Of a DNA stretch of 64,000 nucleotides, positions 45,862 through 55,611 are shown in pieces. Source of the DNA: a virus; the IMG/VR virus record IMGVR_UViG_3300035228_001078; one strand, written 5' to 3'. The position numbers and the translations under genes were made by a program. Numbering within the stretch: position 1 is the first letter of the stretch; the number at the start of each line of letters is the position of its first letter. The notes below the pieces were generated by a model. The model did no database searches. It was given only the letters and a program-made list of their open reading frames with translations, and had not been told where the DNA came from.

Positions 45862-46544
45862 TACAGATCACCTGTCTTACGATTTTCTGAGTAATAAGAA
45901 TCAAAAGTTCCTGCTGGATAACGCTTCGATAGTTTATCGATATTACGGTCAAGAACTTCTTCTAAGGAAATGTCAAGTGCCATACATGCCTGAGCAACAT
46001 ACCACATAACATCACCAAGTTCGATCTTTAGATGATCTATATTAGCTTCGTCCCAGGGTTTGCCTTGGAAAATAATTTTCTTAACAATCTCCATGAACTC
46101 ACCACCTTCAGCAGAGATGCCCACAGCAGCAGTTAGAAGACGCTGAATCTCACAACCACCTGCTTGAAGTGCAGCAACACGAGCAATAAACTGTGCAGGA
46201 TCCTTAGATGGAGCACTAGTTACTTGATTAACAAACTCAAGATAACCATCCTTAGAAGTAGTGGTATTAGTATCTGTATTTGTAATTACAACATTAGGAG
46301 CGGGAGTAGGAACCTCTGTAGTATAGGCAATTCTTGGGTCCACTTTTGGTTGAGGATTGGTATGATTAGGATTACCTAACTGGGGTCCAGTACGATCTTC
46401 TGAATCATCGGACCATCCTTCAGTACCAGGATCGCCAGGTTCTGCTTCCCAGAACTCTTTAGCGCGAGGACGACGAGGAGGGGTAGCTACAGGTCTCTGT
46501 GGATCTGGAGTAGCGTCAGCAATAGCGTTAGAATAAGTAGGCAT
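45861..46544 (-). CDS. mazG: MazG pyrophosphatase with Pro-rich N-terminal extension
   Basis: AEGGEFMEIVKK, ELGDVMWY, KL.KRYP. Confidence 0.9.
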   Translation of the reverse strand: MPTYSNAIADATPDPQRPVATPPRRPRAKEFWEAEPGDPGTEGWSDDSEDRTGPQLGNPNHTNPQPKVDPRIAYTTEVPTPAPNVVITNTDTNTTTSKDGYLEFVNQVTSAPSKDPAQFIARVAALQAGGCEIQRLLTAAVGISAEGGEFMEIVKKIIFQGKPWDEANIDHLKIELGDVMWYVAQACMALDISLEEVLDRNIDKLSKRYPAGTFDSYYSENRKTGDL

Positions 46545-46546
46545 AA

Positions 46547-47413
46547 TTAGTTTAAAACAGAAGTGTATTGTGGATGATAGTTGTGTACAGAGTTCAACCT
46601 AAAGGCTTCCCATGTAGCACCCACAGTGCTCAGATCTGAATCTGGGAAATCCAGAGCATCTGGATATACAGTGAGGAATGCAGTTAACATCATTCTATCA
46701 TAGTCCCCATGCCATTCTGGTTGAATGTATGGGTTATGAAACTGCATGGTGGAATACATTACAAGATCATTATACTGCATTTGTACAGCATCTTCAAGCC
46801 TGAAGTTCTCATAATCTTCCATTTGAAACCACGAATCAGCTTTAGCATCTTCGTGTCTTTCATAGAAATTACTTAAGGCATTTGCCTCATCTCTATTCAT
46901 ATCCATCCAGTTATTTCTACCCATCCATGACCAAAAACCAGTCCTCACTGGGTCTGGAGATTGAGACAGATTGATGTTAGCTGCAATATGCATCTGAAGA
47001 TAATCAGGATCATCTAGTTCATTGTCTACATGAGGATAGCAACAAGAACATGACGATCTATCTAGGGTCATATTACCACCCTCTAAATTTACATACCCAT
47101 CTCTAACTGCAATAGTGTTAACACCAAGAATTTTTTTGACAGGAGTTGTAAGGAACTTGTAAAACTGAGTTTGAAACAAAGGTGGAATCTCAGCTGTCAG
47201 TCCAGGGCGAACCGTAGTATCCGTCTCCTCAATATCTTTGGTCGCCCAGTAAGGAAAGGTAAGCAGGAACTCACGAACCTTGTCAGGATATTTAAACACA
47301 TCCTTTGCAACAATAATGGTAAATGGTTGCCTTGTTCCTAGATCATGAAATTCAAACTCAAGGTTATTAGTAACGGAAATTTCATTCCATATCTCGCTAG
47401 ATGCTTTAATCAT
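46547..47413 (-). CDS. DUF6445-like 2OG-Fe(II) oxygenase
   Basis: P.KVR, PHVD, TGF, YN..V.Y..FH, R. Confidence 0.6.
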   Translation of the reverse strand: MIKASSEIWNEISVTNNLEFEFHDLGTRQPFTIIVAKDVFKYPDKVREFLLTFPYWATKDIEETDTTVRPGLTAEIPPLFQTQFYKFLTTPVKKILGVNTIAVRDGYVNLEGGNMTLDRSSCSCCYPHVDNELDDPDYLQMHIAANINLSQSPDPVRTGFWSWMGRNNWMDMNRDEANALSNFYERHEDAKADSWFQMEDYENFRLEDAVQMQYNDLVMYSTMQFHNPYIQPEWHGDYDRMMLTAFLTVYPDALDFPDSDLSTVGATWEAFRLNSVHNYHPQYTSVLN

Positions 47414-48779
47414 TGAATTTCAATTTAGAAAATTTATCTGCGGTATCGTTAGTGATTAAAGTTTCTTGACCACTATCTAAAAGATTGCCACCATCGCTTT
47501 GTTCACAATCATACAACCGCATCTTTGCCCTGTCAATACCTACGACAAATCTCTTATTGAGAGTAGGATCATTGTATCTATTCTTCAATTGTTTGACCAT
47601 AATTTGTCCTAGTCCCTCAAGGTCATCTGTTGAAATAAGGGCAAACATAAGATCAGCAGTAGCAGGGAGACCAAAGGACTCACTAGTGTCAGTAATGTCA
47701 ACATCAGAGCTACCATAACCAGAACGAGTGGTCTGGGTGGCAGATAAGATAGGGACCCTTGCCTCAACAGCGAGTCCTCTAAGTTCTTCAGCAATAGACT
47801 TGATAACCGTATATGAATTGACATTGCTGCCTCCCCGATACCTGCTGGAAGCACAAATATTAAGGTAATCAATGAAAATAATATCAGGTCTAAATGACTT
47901 CTTAAGTGCAAGCTCATTAAGAAGTGCCTTAAAGTGTCCACTATGTGCGCTAGCAGTAGGATACTCTTTAATTATAAGAGAACCTTGTGTCTTCTTAGCT
48001 AGATTTGATACTTTATTTTCAAAGATAGATTTAGGAAGTTCTACAAGGTCCTTGATATTTACATTCAATAAGTTAGCATCAATTCTCTCTGCAATTCTCT
48101 CTTCAGCCATTTCAAGCGTGATATATAACACATTCTTTCCTTGGAGTAGAACCGAACTTGCGAAATGACACATAAACAAACTCTTACCGACGCCAGTCCC
48201 AGCCAAAGCAATATTGAGCGTTTTGTTTGGTAGACCACCCTTGGTAATTTTGTTGAAATAATCAAGGTCAAATGGGATCTTGTCTTCCTTCCTGTGGTAT
48301 GACTCGTACCGTTGCTCATAATCTTCTAGGTAATCGTGTCCAATGTGATTGTCAAACGATACTGCTAAAGCTTCTGAGAGAATACTAGGAATAGCATCTC
48401 TAGTTTTCTTTTCATCGCCACCATCAGCAATCTGGATAGACTCCATAAGAGCTAGGTAGATAGCACGATCACGACACCACTGCTCAGTTGTGTCTAGCAA
48501 CCATTGTGTATGAGTTTCTGACTCACGAAGGATGTCTACTACCTTTGTAGTGTCCTTAAATTCTTGTTCAGACAGATCTTCTCTGTTCTGAATCTCAATA
48601 TTTAAAATTTCTGGAGTGAGAACTTTGTCATACTCTAGAGCAAAAGTAGAGATCTCCTGAAATATGATCTTCTCTGTACGCTCTTCAAAATAATCTTCCT
48701 TAATGAAAGGCAACACCTTCCGAAGGAACTCTTCATCATGAATGAGATTCCTTAGGACGGTCAGTTCTATACGATCCAA
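47406..48779 (-). CDS. gp41: Replicative helicase (T4 gp41)
   Basis: AGTGVGKS, DYL, ATQ, QLKNRY. Confidence 0.97.
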   Translation of the reverse strand: MDRIELTVLRNLIHDEEFLRKVLPFIKEDYFEERTEKIIFQEISTFALEYDKVLTPEILNIEIQNREDLSEQEFKDTTKVVDILRESETHTQWLLDTTEQWCRDRAIYLALMESIQIADGGDEKKTRDAIPSILSEALAVSFDNHIGHDYLEDYEQRYESYHRKEDKIPFDLDYFNKITKGGLPNKTLNIALAGTGVGKSLFMCHFASSVLLQGKNVLYITLEMAEERIAERIDANLLNVNIKDLVELPKSIFENKVSNLAKKTQGSLIIKEYPTASAHSGHFKALLNELALKKSFRPDIIFIDYLNICASSRYRGGSNVNSYTVIKSIAEELRGLAVEARVPILSATQTTRSGYGSSDVDITDTSESFGLPATADLMFALISTDDLEGLGQIMVKQLKNRYNDPTLNKRFVVGIDRAKMRLYDCEQSDGGNLLDSGQETLITNDTADKFSKLKFND

Positions 48780-48781
48780 AA

Positions 48782-49786
48782 TTACTCACCATAACTAAAT
48801 TCTTTCTTGGCAACATCATCGAGTTGTTGCATCACTTCTTCAGTAAAATACTGTTCAGGATCTTTATAGATCGCTTTAGCATAGACTTTCTTACCGTCTA
48901 TCTCATAACGACCTGCTACATTTTTCCAAAGTCCGCCAACCTCACCGAGTTCAAGAAGACCAAAATATCTATCAAGACCACGATCATCGTAATAGAGACG
49001 CACCGTAACATCCTTGTTCTCCTTACTCAAACGCGACTTGTGAGTCTTTGCCTTGATAAGATTACCAATGACTTCTGTTCCATCCTTCTCTTTCTTCTTG
49101 CTGAGATAGATGATTGTACTTGCTGCATACTTGAGACCAGAACCTCCTCCCATTTCCTTTGTAGGGACATAAGAACCAATGACATCGTAAGTGTGGTTAG
49201 TGACAATCATTGGTATTTTAGCCTGTCCTAGCTTCAATGTCAACATCCTGAAGGCACCTTTAACCAGTTGTGATTTTGTCATATCACGAACCTGTTTCTC
49301 GTCAAGAGCATCTCTGATTTCCTTCTCGGTAGATAACATACCAAGAGAATCCAGAACAAACATACAGGGTTTACGATCTTGCTCAGGTGTTTTCAAGTAA
49401 AGATCAACTGCTTTCAGAGCTTTACTACGAAAGTCTTCAATAGTAACAACATTAACTACGACCAGGCGATTGAGATCAATTCCTCTACTTTCGAGAAGAG
49501 ATTTATTAACTGCTGACTCGGTGTCAAAATAAAGGCAATATCCACCAGGATTAGAATCAAGAAAGTTTTTGACGACAGCGAGAGAAAAGAAAGTCTTGCC
49601 AGTAGAAGACTCACCAGCAATGGCAGTAATCTTATTCCCAGATACACCCCCAAATATACTACCTGAGCAAAGCCCATTAAAGATGTAAGAGCCCGTGTCC
49701 ACATATGTCTCAGAGTCATTAATATCTGCGGCAAGTTGTGTGTATTCACCACCCACCTCCTTGACAATTTCTTTCAAAAAATCCAT
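48782..49786 (-). CDS. uvsX: RecA-like recombinase
   Basis: GESSTGKT, DSLG, NHTY, MGGG. Confidence 0.96.
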   Translation of the reverse strand: MDFLKEIVKEVGGEYTQLAADINDSETYVDTGSYIFNGLCSGSIFGGVSGNKITAIAGESSTGKTFFSLAVVKNFLDSNPGGYCLYFDTESAVNKSLLESRGIDLNRLVVVNVVTIEDFRSKALKAVDLYLKTPEQDRKPCMFVLDSLGMLSTEKEIRDALDEKQVRDMTKSQLVKGAFRMLTLKLGQAKIPMIVTNHTYDVIGSYVPTKEMGGGSGLKYAASTIIYLSKKKEKDGTEVIGNLIKAKTHKSRLSKENKDVTVRLYYDDRGLDRYFGLLELGEVGGLWKNVAGRYEIDGKKVYAKAIYKDPEQYFTEEVMQQLDDVAKKEFSYGE

Positions 49787-49960
49787 TTAGTTTTCGTCCC
49801 ATCTCAATGTCTTGAGGTATTCTAGCACATTTTCCCGCACTGACATCAATTCATTAAAGCACTCTTGATTGTGAGCACAGTTCCTAAGTTTAGAGTCTGG
49901 TTTGTGGACGCTTTCAATAAAGAGGTCAAGCCCCCTATTCCACCTTTCTTGATCTGTCAT
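49787..49960 (-). CDS. Hypothetical protein (start MTDQE)
   Basis: ATGA coupling to the gp43 stop. Confidence 0.6.
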   Translation of the reverse strand: MTDQERWNRGLDLFIESVHKPDSKLRNCAHNQECFNELMSVRENVLEYLKTLRWDEN

Positions 49961-52452
49961 GTGAAGAAGAGTTCTAAGTTTGCTGTTTTTTCCACTGACC
50001 ATCCAATAGCATCAAGAATAGTCCTCAAAGGTTCTAAAAACGCTTTGTTGAATTGAGTGTCGTAATCGACATACTTATTAATACCCAACTCCTTAGGAAA
50101 ATCCTGAATAAATGAGATGACATTCTCATGTAAGATGTTGGGTTTCTTCAGATAACAAAACTTGATCTTCTCACCGTTTTGAATGAGAGAATATTTGTTA
50201 GTAAGTTTTGCTTCTTTAATATAATGGTTATAAAGAAGAGCACCGCGACAGTGGATTGGTGTTCCCTTAGAATAAATGTCCGAAGAAGATTTATATTTTA
50301 CAACATCGCTGACAGATCTTGGAAAAGAAATTTCTTCTGGAGGGAGAGACTTGAATTTGGTACGACATTTGTCGATGTAGTCAATCATGTCATCTTCAGA
50401 CCCTGACATCATAATCTTAAAGGCATCCTTTAACATTGCTCTGCATGGAGCAGGTGTGGATGACTTTACAGCTTCGATGCCCATCACCTTTAATTTAGGT
50501 TCGGAATATGCTACACCTTCACTATTGTAAACATTCAGGATATATCTTTTTTTAGCAGTCCAAATACCACGGTCAGCGATATTCTCCCGCTTCATACTCA
50601 TCTTTTGCTCGTATGCCGAAACATAATCCGCAAGCTCTTGATATGAGGTCTCAATAAATGGTTCCAGTTTCTCTTGGCAGATCTTGTCAAGTAACCCCAC
50701 AACTGCTGCTTTATCACCAGACTTAGAACTAAGAAATTTAGTAACAAGAGGTCCAAGATTAAGATAGATTGAGTCGGTGTCACTTGCGACAACATAGTCT
50801 TCACTCTTTGTCTGCAAAAGTTTATTTAGATATTCATTCACCTTGCCCTCAATCCAGCGGATAGAGACCTGACCAGACAGAGTAATAGCTTCTGCGTTTG
50901 CTAGTTTGTAGTACCTAAAATATTGATTACCAATAGCGCCATAAGCAGAGTTAAGAGAAATCTTCTTCGCCATTTGAATGTTGTTGCATCTAGAGATCTC
51001 CTTTTTAAGTGCTTCAGTAGGAGTCTTCTCGTACTGCTGCTTGGCTTTGAGCATCCTCTTCTTGAATATAACACGCTCTCCATACATTTTCTCCATAAGT
51101 TCGGGCAAGAATCCCTTCTTATCTTTACGGAACATAGCACCGTTTGGACAAACAGCGTACTGTTTGTACATCTCAAAACTTATCTGTTTACTAAGTATCT
51201 TGTCAACGGAAGCAGTTGGGTGCCTTTCGTCCAAGAGGGTTTCTGGTGATATGTTGTACTGCATGATGAGATGAGGATAAAGAGAGTTGAGGTCAAAAGA
51301 CACAACCCAGTCATAGACTCCCGGAATCGGTTCCTTAACATAGGCTCCTGCATACTTTTCATCCTTATTTGATGATACTTTAGGTGGAATGACAATACCT
51401 TTTTTCTTTAGGTAGTTATAGATGATAGTATCCCACATCCTTACTTGATAAAAGACATCACTATAGTTAACTTTAGCATCGTATGCCATAGTTAAAGCAA
51501 GCTCGATCAACTTCATCTTATCTTCAAGACGGTCTACGAGCTCCACATCAATGATATTATATTCTACAAATTTTTGCCACCCATTAGTATAGAAATCCTT
51601 AAAGGTATCAAACTCTGAGTGGTCAAGTTTTTTCTGACCAAGTTCTACATTTGCAATGTAATCAAGACGATACGATTCTTGATTGGTATATGTAAATTTT
51701 TTATAAAGATCGAGATAATCTAACTGGGAAATACCGCCAATGTCATAGAAGACTTGCCTACGACCTTTGATAAAGACCTCTTTCTGAGATACTAATCCCC
51801 AAGGCGATAATCTCTTAGCAAGTTTTTCGCCAAGAACACGATCAATACGCTTTGCAATGAACGGCATATCGAACAACTGAATGTTCCAACCAGTCACAAC
51901 ATCAGGAGTATTCTCCATCCACCAGTTGATAAAACTGTTGAGTAGATCCCGCTCATTGTTGAACTGAATGTAGCGAACATTGTCCTGTTTAATCTTGAAC
52001 GGACCCTGACCCCAGGTTGTAATCTCCTTTGTATTATAATCTTGAATAGTAATCAGCAAGATCTCTTGATCAGCTGCCTCAACATCAGGAAATCCATTCT
52101 CAGCACGAGTTTCGATATCGACTGTGATAAGGCGAATCTTACTAGCATCAAATTTAATCTCTTCTTGAGGATACTTATCAGAGATATACTGATAGATGTA
52201 CCGCTCATTACCGTAAACCTTAAAGTTATCAACATCACTATACCGCTTCATAAAGTCACGACAATCACGGACACTTCCGGGTTTGACAGGCTCTACATAT
52301 TCACCGTCAAGAGTCTTGTAATAAGTTTTTTTCTTTGCCGGAACGAATAATGTTGGAGAATATTTCTCTCTAAACTGAATGTACTCACCATTTTCATAAC
52401 CACGAACGAGGAACTGGTCCCCAATCATTTGTACATTAGTATAGAATTTCAT
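49957..52452 (-). CDS. gp43: Family B DNA polymerase (T4 gp43)
   Basis: DIET, DLNSLYP, K..LNSAYG, SDTDS, KKRY. Confidence 0.98.
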   Translation of the reverse strand: MKFYTNVQMIGDQFLVRGYENGEYIQFREKYSPTLFVPAKKKTYYKTLDGEYVEPVKPGSVRDCRDFMKRYSDVDNFKVYGNERYIYQYISDKYPQEEIKFDASKIRLITVDIETRAENGFPDVEAADQEILLITIQDYNTKEITTWGQGPFKIKQDNVRYIQFNNERDLLNSFINWWMENTPDVVTGWNIQLFDMPFIAKRIDRVLGEKLAKRLSPWGLVSQKEVFIKGRRQVFYDIGGISQLDYLDLYKKFTYTNQESYRLDYIANVELGQKKLDHSEFDTFKDFYTNGWQKFVEYNIIDVELVDRLEDKMKLIELALTMAYDAKVNYSDVFYQVRMWDTIIYNYLKKKGIVIPPKVSSNKDEKYAGAYVKEPIPGVYDWVVSFDLNSLYPHLIMQYNISPETLLDERHPTASVDKILSKQISFEMYKQYAVCPNGAMFRKDKKGFLPELMEKMYGERVIFKKRMLKAKQQYEKTPTEALKKEISRCNNIQMAKKISLNSAYGAIGNQYFRYYKLANAEAITLSGQVSIRWIEGKVNEYLNKLLQTKSEDYVVASDTDSIYLNLGPLVTKFLSSKSGDKAAVVGLLDKICQEKLEPFIETSYQELADYVSAYEQKMSMKRENIADRGIWTAKKRYILNVYNSEGVAYSEPKLKVMGIEAVKSSTPAPCRAMLKDAFKIMMSGSEDDMIDYIDKCRTKFKSLPPEEISFPRSVSDVVKYKSSSDIYSKGTPIHCRGALLYNHYIKEAKLTNKYSLIQNGEKIKFCYLKKPNILHENVISFIQDFPKELGINKYVDYDTQFNKAFLEPLRTILDAIGWSVEKTANLELFFT

Positions 52453-52733
52453 CAGGTAGTCAGTTCTTTGTATGCGTCGAGAATAAACTTTTCAGGATTG
52501 ATCAATGTGAGGATGTTATCGCTCTGAATCCTACACTTCTTATCAGAAGACATATTCATAACTGCCCAGGGCACAAGACGATCCTTGTAGTCTGCAGGTT
52601 CTTCATCTAACACCGTAAATTCATAAGGTTTAGTCAGTTCGCAGTCAGGTTCACCGATGTCAGCACCAATCTCTTCAACATCAGCAATAATGCAACGATA
52701 ATCTTCCTTGAATACAATAAGTTTAATTGCCAT
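52452..52733 (-). CDS. Conserved hypothetical protein (start MAIKL)
   Basis: GEPDC.L.KPY; hsp20-gp43 interval. Confidence 0.65.
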   Translation of the reverse strand: MAIKLIVFKEDYRCIIADVEEIGADIGEPDCELTKPYEFTVLDEEPADYKDRLVPWAVMNMSSDKKCRIQSDNILTLINPEKFILDAYKELTT

Positions 52734-53040
52734 TGAGTAACTCCAGGTACATGGTTTTGATATCAGGCAGAGGTTCATAGACCGTCTGCACATTGTTTGG
52801 ATTCACGAGGAATTGTGTGTCAGCTGTTAGTGGTTGCCAAGTAGCAAAAGAAACTTGAGAACTTGTTTGCTGTACATTTGTATCATCCTCTTCTTCTTCG
52901 GTCAGCATGACTCTCTGCGGTTGCAGAATAAGCTTAAGGGGGTTGCATATCAGATATTGACGACTCTTATCCTCATCCAGGACTTCTTTGACATCACCAA
53001 TGATTTGATCAGAACCAATGATTGCGACTTTAATGGACAT
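52723..53040 (-). CDS. Conserved hypothetical protein (start MSIKV)
   Basis: W.PL..EP motif, similar to neighbour. Confidence 0.65.
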   Translation of the reverse strand: MSIKVAIIGSDQIIGDVKEVLDEDKSRQYLICNPLKLILQPQRVMLTEEEEDDTNVQQTSSQVSFATWQPLTADTQFLVNPNNVQTVYEPLPDIKTMYLELLNGN

Positions 53041-53072
53041 AATGCAGTTCTTACCTCTGGGTATTATAGCAT

Positions 53073-53112
53073 AAAAAAAGGGGACTGTCTGGATTTTGCC
53101 AGACATCCCCTT
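53073..53112 (-). terminator. hsp20 terminator
   Basis: GGGGA-TGTCTGG-CAAAAT-CCAGACA-G-TCCCC plus T7. Confidence 0.8.
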
Positions 53113-53133
53113 GCGGCGACGATACGCTTCTAT

Positions 53134-53568
53134 TTAGAACCAACTTTTCCGCTGATGAGATTCGGGTACAATCTTGCCCAGTTCGACAGTTAACAATCCA
53201 TCTTCAAAGTCCACGGACTTAACCTCAACATCATCAGAGAGCGTCCAGACCCGCGTGAAGGACCTCTGTGCCAGTCCTTTGTGAGCGTAGGTTGTATCGG
53301 TCTCCTTATCCTCCTTCTGCCCCTCTACGAAGAGTTTCCCTGCCTCCGTGTAGACATTAACCTCTGCCTTCCTGAACCCCGCTAGAGCGACCTCTAGCCT
53401 GGATGTTACGGCACTTACAGTTATGAGGTTGTATGGGGGATAATTTGAGGTAGTCTCATGCAGTTTGAAGAGACGATCAAAGTATTCGTCCATTCCAATA
53501 CTGTTTTTGTTAATCCTGTCTAGTAGCTGGTCAATGTTTGCAGCATTAAACTTCATCAGTGTACTCAT
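53134..53568 (-). CDS. hsp20: Small heat-shock protein
   Basis: NYPPYN, ALAGF, HKGLAQRSF, DGLL. Confidence 0.95.
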   Translation of the reverse strand: MSTLMKFNAANIDQLLDRINKNSIGMDEYFDRLFKLHETTSNYPPYNLITVSAVTSRLEVALAGFRKAEVNVYTEAGKLFVEGQKEDKETDTTYAHKGLAQRSFTRVWTLSDDVEVKSVDFEDGLLTVELGKIVPESHQRKSWF

Positions 53569-53640
53569 GATAGCTCCTTAGTAAGCGAGTTTGTCTTGTA
53601 TGGACCCTTTCGGCATCCACTACTAATTATACAAGAAGAC

Positions 53641-53669
53641 AAAAAAAAGAGGGTGTGGTTAACCCCCTT
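53641..53669 (-). terminator. Intrinsic terminator downstream of regA
   Basis: AAGGGGGT..ACCCTCTT plus T run. Confidence 0.65.
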
Positions 53670-53723
53670 ATAGTAGCGTATATTCCGATGTAGCGTGTCG
53701 CGCACGAAAAGGCGACGAACTAT

Positions 53724-54164
53724 TTATTCGGTTTCCACAACCTCTTTTGTCTTTCGACCGATGTTGTATTTGGTCTCTAGTGTCCAATTCTCTTTTTCTT
53801 TATATGCTAGGACTTTGATCTGATTCAAGGGAGCAATGTCCTGAATTACCTCAGCATCAGAGACTTTAACCAGACCCCAATCAGAGAGCAATTGGATGAT
53901 TCTGTTTCGTCTTTGAACATCATTGATAGTAAGGTTAGCTCTCTTACCATCCAATGCGAATAACTCTTTAAAATGTACAATGAAGTACTTTCCTTGCTTA
54001 TGAAGAATGTGGCATGATTGATATAACTTCTTTTCTTTCCTAGAAGCTACACCAATTCGTGTCAAAGTTTCTCTCACTTTCAAGAAATCATCTGGTTCAC
54101 CGAGGAATACCTCAACCATTTTCTCAGGTGCCCACTCAAAAATGGGCTCAACAACGACGCTCAT
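53724..54164 (-). CDS. regA: Translational repressor RegA
   Basis: DDFLKVRETLTRIG, QSCHILHKQG.Y.IVHFKE. Confidence 0.96.
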   Translation of the reverse strand: MSVVVEPIFEWAPEKMVEVFLGEPDDFLKVRETLTRIGVASRKEKKLYQSCHILHKQGKYFIVHFKELFALDGKRANLTINDVQRRNRIIQLLSDWGLVKVSDAEVIQDIAPLNQIKVLAYKEKENWTLETKYNIGRKTKEVVETE

Positions 54165-54191
54165 CTCAATATATCAAAAAGTTTGAACTAT

Positions 54192-55022
54192 TTAGCGCAG
54201 CTGTTCTTTATAATCAGCTATAGCATTTTTGACAATATTATAGGTTGATCCGTTATATGATTTCTCAATATATCTCTTATCCCACCATTGATCGATATCA
54301 CATTCCTTACCAGTTTTTTCTTCATAGATTGCTATGAACAGTGACAATAAGTTCCATTGACTGGGTGGAATGTATCTGGGAGAGATGCAAACAAAGATGT
54401 GATCATAATCATAGTTACCATGATCATATTCCTCCTTAAAGCAACTCCTCCATGTTGATTCTGTTGGCATCATGTGCTTCATGATGAATTCATTTACGAA
54501 GGTACGAGTATCACAAACATGCTCATGAGGATTTCTAATCCAAGTCATGCTGTTTAATCTACCATCGATTTGAAGTTTTGCTCCCCAGTTACCCTCATCA
54601 ACTTTATTAAATGCTTTGATCAGAGCCCACTCTAGAATATGACCACCTAGGTATACATCTTCTTCCATCTCATGAGTATTGTCACCATCAATATTAGATC
54701 CACAAAGAAAATCATCATGATGATCAATGTTTACCAGGTCAATATTGTCTCCTTCAAGTCCCTCAAGGATAAAATCATGATCAAAACCAAAACATACTTT
54801 CGCATTTGGACTTGCATCCAAAGCTCTGGTAAAAGTTTCAAGTATATAATCTAAATTTTCTTCGTTAACAATGTTCTCCCGCGTATCCATATCGGGATAC
54901 TTACAAAAATAGAAATGCCATTTGGCAGCTGGATGCCAATCATCCCACATTTCATTTTCTTCGTTTGGCCATTGATCAACTGTGTCAAAAACATAGTCAA
55001 TGTCGATACTTAAGACCTTCAT
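54192..55022 (-). CDS. Arginase/deacetylase-fold metallohydrolase-like protein (UPF0489-like)
   Basis: LSIDIDY, DHD, NIDHHDD, EGNW, C.SP.Y. Confidence 0.55.
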   Translation of the reverse strand: MKVLSIDIDYVFDTVDQWPNEENEMWDDWHPAAKWHFYFCKYPDMDTRENIVNEENLDYILETFTRALDASPNAKVCFGFDHDFILEGLEGDNIDLVNIDHHDDFLCGSNIDGDNTHEMEEDVYLGGHILEWALIKAFNKVDEGNWGAKLQIDGRLNSMTWIRNPHEHVCDTRTFVNEFIMKHMMPTESTWRSCFKEEYDHGNYDYDHIFVCISPRYIPPSQWNLLSLFIAIYEEKTGKECDIDQWWDKRYIEKSYNGSTYNIVKNAIADYKEQLR

Positions 55023-55399
55023 TTGATACCACCAGTGTCAAGTTTTTTACGAATAAAATCAATCTGTTCGTTACTCAGGATTCGCATAGCTTGCTGTGCT
55101 TTTTCTGTGCTATATCCGTAGTATTTTTTGACTAATTCCAAGTCTTTAATCTTCTCTTGTTTTAACCAAGGAGAAAATCTTTTCTTTTTTCTAATGCTAT
55201 GTAGCATGAAACTATACTGCATATCTTTGTCAAGATTTGGATGCTTGTTCATCTCATTCGCAAACATAATAGCATCGAGATGACCTGCAAGACAGCGGTT
55301 TACGATGAAGGGTGGGTATTGTTTAACGGAGTCGGGGTTTTCTTTAATAAGGTTTTCCTTATTAAGGTTTATCGAATTGAGCCAGTCTTTGAGTTCCAT
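55019..55399 (-). CDS. gp62: Clamp loader small subunit (T4 gp62)
   Basis: YPPFIVNR, ANEMN, KRF..W.K, YYGYS. Confidence 0.9.
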   Translation of the reverse strand: MELKDWLNSINLNKENLIKENPDSVKQYPPFIVNRCLAGHLDAIMFANEMNKHPNLDKDMQYSFMLHSIRKKKRFSPWLKQEKIKDLELVKKYYGYSTEKAQQAMRILSNEQIDFIRKKLDTGGIK

Positions 55400-55611
55400 T
55401 CTTTTTTGATTTTAAAATACATTTTGTAGTACCGTCCCTTCATTTCTTCAAGGACTTTCATGTCATCACCAAACCCCATATACTTACAGAGTTGATATGA
55501 TCCTTCTAATTCACTAATCAATCTTAGAATGTTTGCAGGATGTTTTTCAAGTCCTCCAAAATCATATTGTGACATATCATTTCTTTCGGGAATATTCAAT
55601 ACCATTTTCAT
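55369..55611 (-). CDS. Hypothetical protein (probable start MSQYD)
   Basis: ORF in operon. Confidence 0.55.
   Translation of the reverse strand: MKMVLNIPERNDMSQYDFGGLEKHPANILRLISELEGSYQLCKYMGFGDDMKVLEEMKGRYYKMYFKIKKEWNSKTGSIR

Noticed and set aside
12690-52452. Introns or inteins in psbA, nrdA, nrdB, gp41, gp43
   Set aside because: All are uninterrupted and of normal length
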